57,693 bases of DNA from Candidatus Eiseniibacteriota bacterium (lineage in GTDB: Bacteria > Eisenbacteria > RBG-16-71-46 > SZUA-252): the NCBI GenBank assembly GCA_035494915.1, contig DATJGP010000038.1, positions 1-57,693 on the forward strand, written 5' to 3'. Under the pieces are notes generated by a model. That model saw only the letters and a program-made list of their open reading frames with translations, was not told where the DNA came from and made no database searches. This document shows, piece by piece, positions 15,946 through 24,041 of the stretch (position 1 is the stretch's first letter; the number at the start of each line of letters is the position of its first letter). A program made the position numbers and the translations under genes.

Positions 15946-17154
15946 TCAGGGCCGCAAGTAGATCGGGATCAAGTCCGAGACGCTACGGGCCTTGGTCGTC
16001 CCGTCCACGATGGTGAACCGCACGGCGTAATGCCCACCCGGCACGAGCTGGACATCGTCTGGCCTGGGACCGCCATGGACCTCAACGCCATTGATGGTGG
16101 TGTCCGGCAACGTGGCGATGAGATTGCGGCGGATTTCGAGCCCCCACTTGCCCATGTTCCAGCCGCCTTTCGCCACGACGTCCGCCTGGCTGCCCGTTGG
16201 AAGGATGGTGCGGAACGACGGCTGGTAGTCGCCGGGATTCCATGTCTTGTCGGGTTCGGTCGGGTTATCCACTCGGATCGGATTGAAGATCTCACAGGGC
16301 CCGAAATCCTTGGACACCGAGTTCCAGATCACGAAGGGTATGGGCTTGCCACGGTTGAACCGGACCTCGCGAGGGTTCTTGCTCGCGAGCTTGAGCGGGA
16401 CGTAGTTGGTCGAATCGTGGTTGGCAAGCATGTACGCCCAGCTTCCACTGTCGCGGACGGGGCCCGAGCCGTTGTCGAATAAGTCTTCCATGAAGGCACC
16501 ACCCGGGTGCTCCAGCGAGCCGGAGCTGTCCCCCGCGGCCGCACCGAACTCCGTTCCGTTCACAGGATTCGCCGGGTCGGTCGTCTCAGCGCCCCACCGC
16601 CAGAGATCCTTGGGATAGCCCCCACTCTGCGTCGAGTAGAGCTCGATCAGGACTTCGTCCTCCTGGATGTTCCGGTTGATCGTCCACTTCGCGGGGTTCA
16701 CGAGATCCGTGTTGCCCGTGGTGCAGTCGATCAACGTGTCTCCGTTGTCGGCCACGACATCCGCGGACGTGACGAGCGGCATGTGCAGAAGATTCTGCGT
16801 CGGATCGGGCCACTGGAGCAGGAAGAGGATGCCATCGGGGGCGTTGAACCGGTCCACGGTCCAGAGACTGCGTACCGAGAGATAATAGGTGCCCCCGCGC
16901 TCCCCTCCCTCGTTGTGCATCCGGATGACGGACGCATCGCCGGTGATGGCCCACTCGATATCCGTCACCCGGCCGTCGATCAGGAGCTCACGCGTTTCCT
17001 GCTGCGGCGAGTTGAGGAACTGCTCGTTCCCCCGCACCGCCGTGATGTCGCTAACGGGGTTGGGTTCGGTGGGTTGAGTTTCGCCGCAGGAGAGGCTCGT
17101 GGCGGCGAGCACGGCACAAAGAATCCCTGTACGTAGCATCTTCCCAGAAGGCAT
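15946..17154 (-). CDS. Lipoprotein with a DOMON/ethylbenzene-dehydrogenase-like (EB_dh) domain pattern
   Basis: The lipobox is AATSLSC. Motifs that I recall from EB_dh/DOMON-type heme-binding domains are DGRVTDIEW, LLQWPDPTQN, DLWRWGAETTDP, GGWNMGKWGLEIRRNL and HYAVRFTIVDG. The assignment is from memory only. Confidence 0.45.
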   Translation of the reverse strand: MPSGKMLRTGILCAVLAATSLSCGETQPTEPNPVSDITAVRGNEQFLNSPQQETRELLIDGRVTDIEWAITGDASVIRMHNEGGERGGTYYLSVRSLWTVDRFNAPDGILFLLQWPDPTQNLLHMPLVTSADVVADNGDTLIDCTTGNTDLVNPAKWTINRNIQEDEVLIELYSTQSGGYPKDLWRWGAETTDPANPVNGTEFGAAAGDSSGSLEHPGGAFMEDLFDNGSGPVRDSGSWAYMLANHDSTNYVPLKLASKNPREVRFNRGKPIPFVIWNSVSKDFGPCEIFNPIRVDNPTEPDKTWNPGDYQPSFRTILPTGSQADVVAKGGWNMGKWGLEIRRNLIATLPDTTINGVEVHGGPRPDDVQLVPGGHYAVRFTIVDGTTKARSVSDLIPIYLRP

Positions 17155-17200
17155 CTATCGTCCTCGGATCATTCGGACTGTAGGGGGGGAATCGGGTGGT

Positions 17201-17230
17201 AGGTTACGAATCCGGCCTTTGGACTGTCAA
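17201..17230 (-). promoter_or_regulatory. Weak candidate sigma-70 promoter (TTGACA-N18-TAACCT) upstream of the lipoprotein/barrel pair
   Basis: The minus strand reads gcTTGACAgtccaaaggccggattcgTAACCTacc. The -35 overlaps the GH57 stop codon. The -10 hexamer is a poor match to consensus. Confidence 0.25.
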
Positions 17231-18807
17231 GCGAAAAGCCCCGGATCGAGATCGGGGAAAATCGAGTACCTGGCTTCCATTGCAGCGACTTCCGGCTCCT
17301 CGAGAGACCCCTGGGCGAGCGCGCGGTCGAGGCGGCCGAAGCGCTCCAGGTGCTCCTCGGTGCGTCGATGCGCATACGGGACCAGGGTCCCCGTCTTCAT
17401 GATGAACGCCCAGTCGCTCGCCTGGGCCAGAAGGAGCTCGCGCCCGGCCTGACGGAGCGCCCGGCGGCGGAGATCGTTGCCGCCGTCCCCTTCCCTCGCG
17501 AGCGCGGCCATTCGCTCCGACGCGCGGAGCAGGTGGCGGTAGATCCAGTCGTTGGAAGGGTCCAGCCAGACGCTCGAGTAGCCTCCCGCTCCCCAGCTCG
17601 ACGGAAAGAGCCTTCCTTCCGCGGCGCGCGGGATTCGAGCCACCGCCTCGGTCGCCGACACCGCTTCGAGATCGTTCCCTTCCGCCACTCGATCCAGAAC
17701 CAGGTCGAGCCACTCGGGTCCCTCGTACCACCAGTGGCCGAACAGCTCGGCGTCGTACGGGGCCAGGATGAGGCTGGTCTGTCCGATGGCGCGCGCCGCC
17801 CGCCGCGCCGCGTCCTCGCGCGCGCGGACGAAGTGGGCCGCGTGCTCCACCGCGCGCGCGCGCGCGCGATCGGGATCGTAGAGCTCGCGATGCTCGAAAC
17901 GTCGGTCGGTGATGCGGTGATACTTGAGCCCGAGATGCGTGCGCGTGCCGCCCGACGGAAGATCGGAGCGGACCTCATCGAGCGGCAGATCGAATCCCTG
18001 GTCGCGGTAGTACTCGCGGTACTCGGGATCGCCCGGATATCCCTCGGTGGCGCTCCACACCTGGCGCGACGCATCCAGGTCGCGGCCCAGCGCGAACACG
18101 CCCGCCTCCGTTCGAAACGGGGCATGGGTGCCGGGGAGCGGACGCGGGCACGCGTTCGCGATTCCGTGCGCGTCGACCACGAACCAGCCGACGCCGAACT
18201 CCGCGAGGATCGACTCGACCCCCGGCGTGTAGCCGCATTCCGGGAGCCACATCCCCTCCGGGGGATGGCCGAGCCGGCGCTCGAACGCGCGTGCCGCGGT
18301 GCCGATTTGCGCGCGCCACGAGGGCGCCCCAAGATCCATCAGAGGAAGGAAGCCGTGCGTCGCGCCGCAGGTGACGAGACTCACGACCCCCGCTTTCTCG
18401 AGCGATGCGAACGCACCGACGATATCGCGCCGGTACGCCTCCTCATAGCGCCGCCGTCCTTCGCGGAAGCGCTCCAGGTAATAGCGCGAGAGCCGCTCCA
18501 GCGCGGGCTCGCTCGCGTGGCGGCGGACGTCGCGCGCCGCCAGGTCCTCGAGGCGCTCGAACCGGTGCGCGAGACGCGTCCGGATCAGATCGTCGTCCAG
18601 CATCGCGATCAAAGTCGGCGAGAGCGACAGTGTGATCCGTCCGCGCGCGCCGCGATCGGCACGCCCCTCGAGCACCCCGAGGAGCGGCAGATAGCACTCG
18701 ACCAGCGCCTCGACGAGCCAGCGCTCCTCGAGCGGATCCTCGTACTCGGGATGGCGCACGTACGGAAGGTGCGCGTGCAGCAGGATCGAGAGGTAGCCGG
18801 ACGGCAT
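17227..18807 (-). CDS. Glycoside hydrolase family 57 alpha-glucan branching-type enzyme (GH57 plus DUF1957-like C-terminus)
   Basis: From the ATG at 18807 the protein starts MPSGYLSILLHAHLPYVRHPEYEDPLEERWL..., which is the GH57 N-terminal signature. It also contains WLPECGY and a long C-terminal helical region. The ATG overlaps the DUF4912 gene stop (ATGA). The ORF-track start at 18906 is probably an over-extension. Confidence 0.8.
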   Translation of the reverse strand: MPSGYLSILLHAHLPYVRHPEYEDPLEERWLVEALVECYLPLLGVLEGRADRGARGRITLSLSPTLIAMLDDDLIRTRLAHRFERLEDLAARDVRRHASEPALERLSRYYLERFREGRRRYEEAYRRDIVGAFASLEKAGVVSLVTCGATHGFLPLMDLGAPSWRAQIGTAARAFERRLGHPPEGMWLPECGYTPGVESILAEFGVGWFVVDAHGIANACPRPLPGTHAPFRTEAGVFALGRDLDASRQVWSATEGYPGDPEYREYYRDQGFDLPLDEVRSDLPSGGTRTHLGLKYHRITDRRFEHRELYDPDRARARAVEHAAHFVRAREDAARRAARAIGQTSLILAPYDAELFGHWWYEGPEWLDLVLDRVAEGNDLEAVSATEAVARIPRAAEGRLFPSSWGAGGYSSVWLDPSNDWIYRHLLRASERMAALAREGDGGNDLRRRALRQAGRELLLAQASDWAFIMKTGTLVPYAHRRTEEHLERFGRLDRALAQGSLEEPEVAAMEARYSIFPDLDPGLFA

Positions 18808-19361
18808 CAGGACTCGCCGGGACGGGCCGCGAGATAGCGCGCGACGGAGCTCGGGGACGTGTGCGGCGAGCCCGAGCGGGAGCGCGCGGCCTCGGCATCG
18901 AGCCATGCGGCGGACGCGGGATCGATGGACCAGTCCCCGGTCTCGGCACAGGGCCCCTCCGGCGGCACCGGCATCCAGCGCGAGGCGAGGAGTCGCGTGA
19001 ACCCGGAGGGGAGATCGAGCCCGAGCTCCGCTCGGGCCACGCCGCCCGACGTGGAAAGGTCGAAGAACCAGCTCTCGTCCCGGAGCGCGTCCGGAAGGTC
19101 GATCGCGATCGTCGCGGACGGAGCCCGGTCCGGGCCTGGCGCCTGCTGCACGAGCAGGCGATATCGGAGCGTGGCACGAGCCGCCCGAGCCATCGATTCC
19201 GCGCGAGCGTGGAGCGCCGGCGAGATCTCCCAGATCGCGGCCGCACGGCGCGGATCGCGCACGAGGAGATGAAGCCGGTCCTCTCCGTGGCGCCGTCCCC
19301 GAAGAGGGGCCACGGGCGTCTCGGCGGGGGTCTGGGGCGCGAGTCGTTCGAGCGAGGTCAT
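18807..19361 (-). CDS. DUF4912-like protein (a frequent partner of GH57 branching enzymes)
   Basis: 184-aa ORF. The motif LHLLVRDPRRAAAIWEISP resembles the DUF4912 signature (L.V.DP..LFAYWE). It is translationally coupled to the GH57 gene. Confidence 0.5.
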   Translation of the reverse strand: MTSLERLAPQTPAETPVAPLRGRRHGEDRLHLLVRDPRRAAAIWEISPALHARAESMARAARATLRYRLLVQQAPGPDRAPSATIAIDLPDALRDESWFFDLSTSGGVARAELGLDLPSGFTRLLASRWMPVPPEGPCAETGDWSIDPASAAWLDAEAARSRSGSPHTSPSSVARYLAARPGES

Positions 19362-19374
19362 CGATGTCCTTTCG

Positions 19375-21312
19375 TCAGCGGAGCAGGACCACGCGACGCG
19401 TGATCTCGCCGCCGCTCCATCGCACGCGCAGATAGTAGACGCCGCTCGCGAGCGGCCGCCCTCCCTCGGCGGCGCCGTTCCAGTCCCACGCCAAGAGGCC
19501 CGTGTCCGGGATCCGGAACTCCCATTCGCGCACCCTCCGCCCCACCGCGTCGAAGATCTCCGCCCTCGTGCTCGCCCCTCGGGGGGCGCGCAGGGCTAGG
19601 TGCACCGGCCCGCGGCTCGGCGTCGGCGCGGCGCTCACGGAGGGCCTCGGCGCTCCGCCGCCCGGCGCTGGAAAGCCGGACGATGCCGACACGGTGACGA
19701 CGACGCTGTCGGGAACGAGCTGCGACCGATTGCTCGAGTTGACCGCCCGGAACTGAACCACGTGGTCCCCCACCGGCAGGTTGAAGGTGAGCGAGAAGCG
19801 CTCCGCCCCTTCGTCCATCGTGCCGTCGTCCGAGGCAAGCGTGGTCCAGGGGCCACCATCCAGCCGGTACCAGAGCGAGTCGATCGTAGCGATGGTAATC
19901 GAATCCCCAGCCCCAAAGAGGAAGGGATTCGCGTTCGGGAACGCGACGTCCCCCGCCGTCCCCGTGACGTGGATCGGGAGGCCCGGCACGTTGCCGTAGT
20001 GGAGCGAGTCGGTCCGGACCGATGGCCGGGTTTCGTAGAGATCGAGGACGCCCGAATGGTCCCGGTCGACCCACCCGATCGAGCCCATGGTCGACGTGCA
20101 GAGACTGTCCGGATAGTTTCCCTTCATCACGCAGCGATCGTCCTGGCCGCAGTACTTCGGCGCCGGGATCACCGAGTTGGAGTTGGGCCAGCCGAAATAG
20201 CCCGTCGTGAGCGTGCACGACCACCAGGCGGCATTCGATGGGTACTCGTCCAGCGCCCAGAAGAGGTGCGTCATCTCGTGCTCGACGTAGTAGTCGAGCG
20301 CCGCACTCCGCGTGTTCGTGTTGTTGATGGGCAGGACGAGCCACGGACCGCCCAGGTTCGCGTGGGCGATGAAGCCGTCCGGGAACGCGCCGTCGGGATC
20401 GGTGTCGTTCTGTACCGCCAGGATGAGGGTTCCCCAGTGCGCCCCGAGCCGCGCGCGCGCCGCGTTCGCGACGTCGTAGGCCTCCTTCTCCGCATCCGTT
20501 CCGTAGCCCGCGAGCGGCTTGAGCGTCTCGCGGATCCAATCCAGCTCCTGGCCCGTCGTTCGCGAGATGGGCTCGTAGCCGGTCGGCAACGACGCGCGGA
20601 CCTCGATGAGATACGTGAGCGGCACGTCGTGGGCCGCCGCGAACGCGGTCCACTTGAGGAGCCCGCGCGCCGCGGACCGTACGACCGAGTCGCGGAGCGC
20701 CGGTGTCCAGTCATAGAGGTTCGGGTCGATGCTGCCGTCCGATTCCGGGAAGACGAGCTCCACCGCGACGCGACCCATCATGAATTCGCTCGTGTCGGTC
20801 CAGCGAGCTCCGTGCGGGAGGCCGGCCGGCATGGGCGACGCGGCGTTCGGCCCAGGCCCCGGCCCGTCGATCCCGGTTCGATCGAGGGGAGGCAGCATGT
20901 CCTCACGCCCCTGGAACGGATCGAAGTCCGGATCGCCGGAGACCGACGGAGCCGCGGCGGGCGCCACAGCCCCCGGCGCCTCCGCCGCCTCGTTCACCTC
21001 CACGAGCCCGGCGGGCAGCGCGCGGCGCGGTCCGCGCTCGCGGACGAAGAATGTGGACGGAAGGACGGCGACGTCGACGTGATAGCCCGCGCGCTCGAGC
21101 GCGTCGACGGTGGTCTTCGGATCGCCGCTCACTCCCTCGATCACACGGACGCCTTGCGGGCGCGCGAGCGTGCGGAGCGTCTCGCGATTCCACCCTTCGG
21201 CCGACGCGGATCCCCCGACCGCGGCCATCGCCGGCGCGGAGGCGAGCGCCACCGTCGCGAGGAATGCGACCGAGACCGCGACGTTAGCGAAGCTGGACGA
21301 CGCGCACCGCAC
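19375..21312 (-). CDS. Secreted putative zinc metalloprotease (HExxH...DEY) with a T9SS/FlgD-Ig-like C-terminal domain
   Basis: The zincin motif is YYVEHEMTHLFWALDEY. The signal peptide is VAVSVAFLATVALASAPAMA. The C-terminus reads AEIFDAVGRRVREWEF...WDWNGAAEGGRPLASGVYYLRVRWSGGEITRRVVLLR. The start is uncertain: the GTG at 21312 is preferred, while the ORF-track ATG at 21387 would overlap the upstream gene by 104 nt. Confidence 0.6.
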   Translation of the reverse strand: MRCASSSFANVAVSVAFLATVALASAPAMAAVGGSASAEGWNRETLRTLARPQGVRVIEGVSGDPKTTVDALERAGYHVDVAVLPSTFFVRERGPRRALPAGLVEVNEAAEAPGAVAPAAAPSVSGDPDFDPFQGREDMLPPLDRTGIDGPGPGPNAASPMPAGLPHGARWTDTSEFMMGRVAVELVFPESDGSIDPNLYDWTPALRDSVVRSAARGLLKWTAFAAAHDVPLTYLIEVRASLPTGYEPISRTTGQELDWIRETLKPLAGYGTDAEKEAYDVANAARARLGAHWGTLILAVQNDTDPDGAFPDGFIAHANLGGPWLVLPINNTNTRSAALDYYVEHEMTHLFWALDEYPSNAAWWSCTLTTGYFGWPNSNSVIPAPKYCGQDDRCVMKGNYPDSLCTSTMGSIGWVDRDHSGVLDLYETRPSVRTDSLHYGNVPGLPIHVTGTAGDVAFPNANPFLFGAGDSITIATIDSLWYRLDGGPWTTLASDDGTMDEGAERFSLTFNLPVGDHVVQFRAVNSSNRSQLVPDSVVVTVSASSGFPAPGGGAPRPSVSAAPTPSRGPVHLALRAPRGASTRAEIFDAVGRRVREWEFRIPDTGLLAWDWNGAAEGGRPLASGVYYLRVRWSGGEITRRVVLLR

Positions 21313-23995
21313 GGCGCTCTCCTCCCGATTCGGCGACGATCCAGTAGACGCCGCTCCCCGCCTGATTCGACCTCGCGTCCCTGCCATCCCAGCGGATCAG
21401 GGCGCGATCGGATCCCATCGGTCCATCGTACAAGGTCCGGATCAGCTCCCCGCGCACGTTCACCACGCGCACGCGGAGCTGTCGCCCCATGGCGCCCGGC
21501 CGCTCGATGGGAATCGCGAGCGCGCCGGAGAATGGATTCGGAGACGCCGGTCCGATACGGAAGGCGAGCGGAGCGGGCAAGGGCTCGGGTGCCGGCGGCG
21601 GCTCCGGGTCCAGCACCGGCGTCGGCGTGATCGCGAACACCCGTCCCACGATATCCGCGCCGCTCGAGACCGAGCGCGTGTCGCTCCACAGCACGACCAC
21701 ATGGCCGGCGGCATCCAGGCCGACCGCGGGGTCGAGCTGATCCGCGTTCAGCACGTCCTGGTCGATGCGCAGGATGCCCGTCGAGGGGGCCACGCCTCCC
21801 TGGAACGCCTGCATCCACGGAGTCCAGTCGCCGTCCCGCTTGGATTCCCAGGTGACGACCGCCTGACCGCCCGACACGGCGATGCTCGGAGCCAGCATGG
21901 CGTCGTCGTGATCCGGATCGATCCGGATCGGATTCGAGAGCGCGGCGCCCGAGCTCGCGAAGCTCTGCACGTAGAGACGCGGAAGACCCGACGGATCGCT
22001 GCAGAGCCACGCCACGTCGATCCGTCCTTCCGAGCCCAGGCCGATGTGCGGCTCCGACCGCGTCCCGGCCTGCCCCGCCCCGACCTCGACGGGCGTGCTG
22101 TCCTGGATGAGATTCGAACCGAGATGCACGATCCAGAGACCCGGCGTCGCCAGGCCGTCGATGGCGTAGGCGAGCCAGTAGCCGCCCGAGCCGTCGCGAT
22201 CCAGATCCACAGCCACGACCGGCGACGAAGGAGGCGCCGTGAGGATGGGATGGTTGACCCCGATCCTCCCCCCCGCGAGCGTCAGAATCTGACCGAATGG
22301 TTGGGTGGTGCCGGTTCGTGCGTCGAGCCAGGCCACCGCGAACGAGGAGCCGTCCGTCGTGGCCGATGGGCTCGATTGCGAGCTCGCGAGCTGATCGGAG
22401 ATCCAGAGGCCGGAGGCCGGCGGGCTGCCGGTCGTGGCGTACACGTAGCCGCGGATCTCTCCCGCGTCGGAATCGCGCGTGAGCTGCGCCGCGATGAGGC
22501 CGGCCCCCGACGCCGTCACCGTCGACGACGCGGTGACCGGACGGTTCACGCCGTCGTCCCTCGCGATGAGGTGATTTGCCCCCGACCGTCCTCCGGACGC
22601 GGTGATCCACTGGCCGTAGAGATCGCCCGTCCCGCTCCGCCAATCGATCCACGAAGCGAGGTACTGTCCCGGTCCGCGGCCGACATGCGGACGCCTCTGG
22701 TCTCCCGAGGCCGCGTCGTCGTTCAGCTGCGTCTCCGAATTCCGGCGCGTGCCGTCGGGCAGGATGGAAAGCGCGTACACGTCGGGCGACCCGTTCCGCC
22801 CGTCTTCCCACACCGCTACGATCCCGTCGCGGCCGTCCCACGCCGCGTCGGGCGTGCCCTGGCGCGCGGGAAGGAAGGCGTTCACGCGGATATTCGCCCC
22901 TGGAGGAGTCGTGTCGTACGGCACGCGGGCGGCCTCGACGTTGGCGTCGATGCCCAGATTGCCGCGGTAATCCTCCCAGAGGAGATACGCCGTGCCCGGG
23001 GCCGAGAAAGCGCGGACGGCGCGCTGGTCCTTGCCCAGGGGATCGTCGTTCACTCGGACGTTGACGCCGATCAGGCCGCTCGCCGGATCGACCCGCTGCG
23101 CGTACACGTCACCCGTGTCCGTGGGCTTGTCGCGACGGTCGATCCACCCGACGACGTAGCCCGCCGCGTCCGCGGCGATGCAGACCGACTCATCGTCCTG
23201 GTTTCCTGTGGTCCCGTTGACCTTGAAATTGCCCCCCACCGGCTGCCCGAGCGCATTCAAGCGCTGCGCATACACGTCGTCGGTGGCGCCGATCACCGCG
23301 CTGCCGCGTCCATCGAGCCAGGCCACCAGGACGGAGCCGTCCGGGCGCGCGGCGACCGCCGGCGCGCTCTGGGAGCTTCCACCCGCGACCGGGTCCACGG
23401 AGATCTTGAAGTTGGGCCCGATCGGAGCCCCCGACGCGGTGACGTAGACGCCGAAGATCTCGCCCTGGGCCTGGCGCTGGTCGGCCCACACGACGAGATA
23501 GCGATCCGAGCCGACGGCGGTGACCGCGGGGTGGGACTGATCGTAGGAGCCGGCGTCGTCGTTCAGGCGGAGGTTGGGCGTGATCCTTAGTCCGATCGAG
23601 TCGAGCGCCGCGCCATAGATGTCGCGATTGGCCGCGCGCGTGTCCTCCCAGACGCAGAAGAAGGTGCCGGACGGGCTCGCGGCGATGTCGGGATAGCTCT
23701 GCGTCCCGCCGTTGGAATCGTCGTTGATGCGCCGGTTCAGCGAGGTCCCGATCCCTTGCGGATCGTGGATCGTGAGCGCGTAGGTGTCGAAGTCGACGCC
23801 CGAGTTGAAGGTGTTCCGTCCGTCCATCCAGACCACGACGAGCGATCCGGACGCACCGCAGGCCACGGTGGGCGCCCACTGATTCTTGTTCACGCGGTCA
23901 TCGTTGACGAGGAACTCGTCCTGGGCGCGCGCGGGCAGAGCCGCGGCCAGCCAGGCGATCAGGAGGAACGCAAGGACGCCGGGACGCGAAGGCAA
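21284..23995 (-). CDS. Secreted protein with about 13 repeats (W-x-D-x-R ... D-[IV]-[YF]-[AG]-Q-R motif) and a T9SS/FlgD-Ig-like C-terminal domain
   Basis: 903-aa ORF with a TTG start and signal peptide PSRPGVLAFLLIAWLAAALPARAQD. The recurring units include VVWMDGRN, CVWEDTRAANRDIYGAAL, VVWADQRQAQGEIFGVYV, VAWLDGRGS..DDVYAQRL, VGWIDRRDKPTDTGDVYAQRV, AVWEDGRNGSPDVYALSI, ASWIDWRSGTGDLYGQWI, VAWLDARTG and VLWSDTRSVSSGADIVGRVF. The C-terminus reads SPNPFSG...VRVVNVRGELIRTLYDG...IRWDGRDARSNQAGSGVYWIVAESGGERRAVRVVQLR. Confidence 0.7.
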   Translation of the reverse strand: MPSRPGVLAFLLIAWLAAALPARAQDEFLVNDDRVNKNQWAPTVACGASGSLVVVWMDGRNTFNSGVDFDTYALTIHDPQGIGTSLNRRINDDSNGGTQSYPDIAASPSGTFFCVWEDTRAANRDIYGAALDSIGLRITPNLRLNDDAGSYDQSHPAVTAVGSDRYLVVWADQRQAQGEIFGVYVTASGAPIGPNFKISVDPVAGGSSQSAPAVAARPDGSVLVAWLDGRGSAVIGATDDVYAQRLNALGQPVGGNFKVNGTTGNQDDESVCIAADAAGYVVGWIDRRDKPTDTGDVYAQRVDPASGLIGVNVRVNDDPLGKDQRAVRAFSAPGTAYLLWEDYRGNLGIDANVEAARVPYDTTPPGANIRVNAFLPARQGTPDAAWDGRDGIVAVWEDGRNGSPDVYALSILPDGTRRNSETQLNDDAASGDQRRPHVGRGPGQYLASWIDWRSGTGDLYGQWITASGGRSGANHLIARDDGVNRPVTASSTVTASGAGLIAAQLTRDSDAGEIRGYVYATTGSPPASGLWISDQLASSQSSPSATTDGSSFAVAWLDARTGTTQPFGQILTLAGGRIGVNHPILTAPPSSPVVAVDLDRDGSGGYWLAYAIDGLATPGLWIVHLGSNLIQDSTPVEVGAGQAGTRSEPHIGLGSEGRIDVAWLCSDPSGLPRLYVQSFASSGAALSNPIRIDPDHDDAMLAPSIAVSGGQAVVTWESKRDGDWTPWMQAFQGGVAPSTGILRIDQDVLNADQLDPAVGLDAAGHVVVLWSDTRSVSSGADIVGRVFAITPTPVLDPEPPPAPEPLPAPLAFRIGPASPNPFSGALAIPIERPGAMGRQLRVRVVNVRGELIRTLYDGPMGSDRALIRWDGRDARSNQAGSGVYWIVAESGGERRAVRVVQLR

Positions 23996-24041
23996 AGAGC
24001 GATCACCCTTTCCGGCGTAGCGCGAGACGGCGGCGCTCCGA

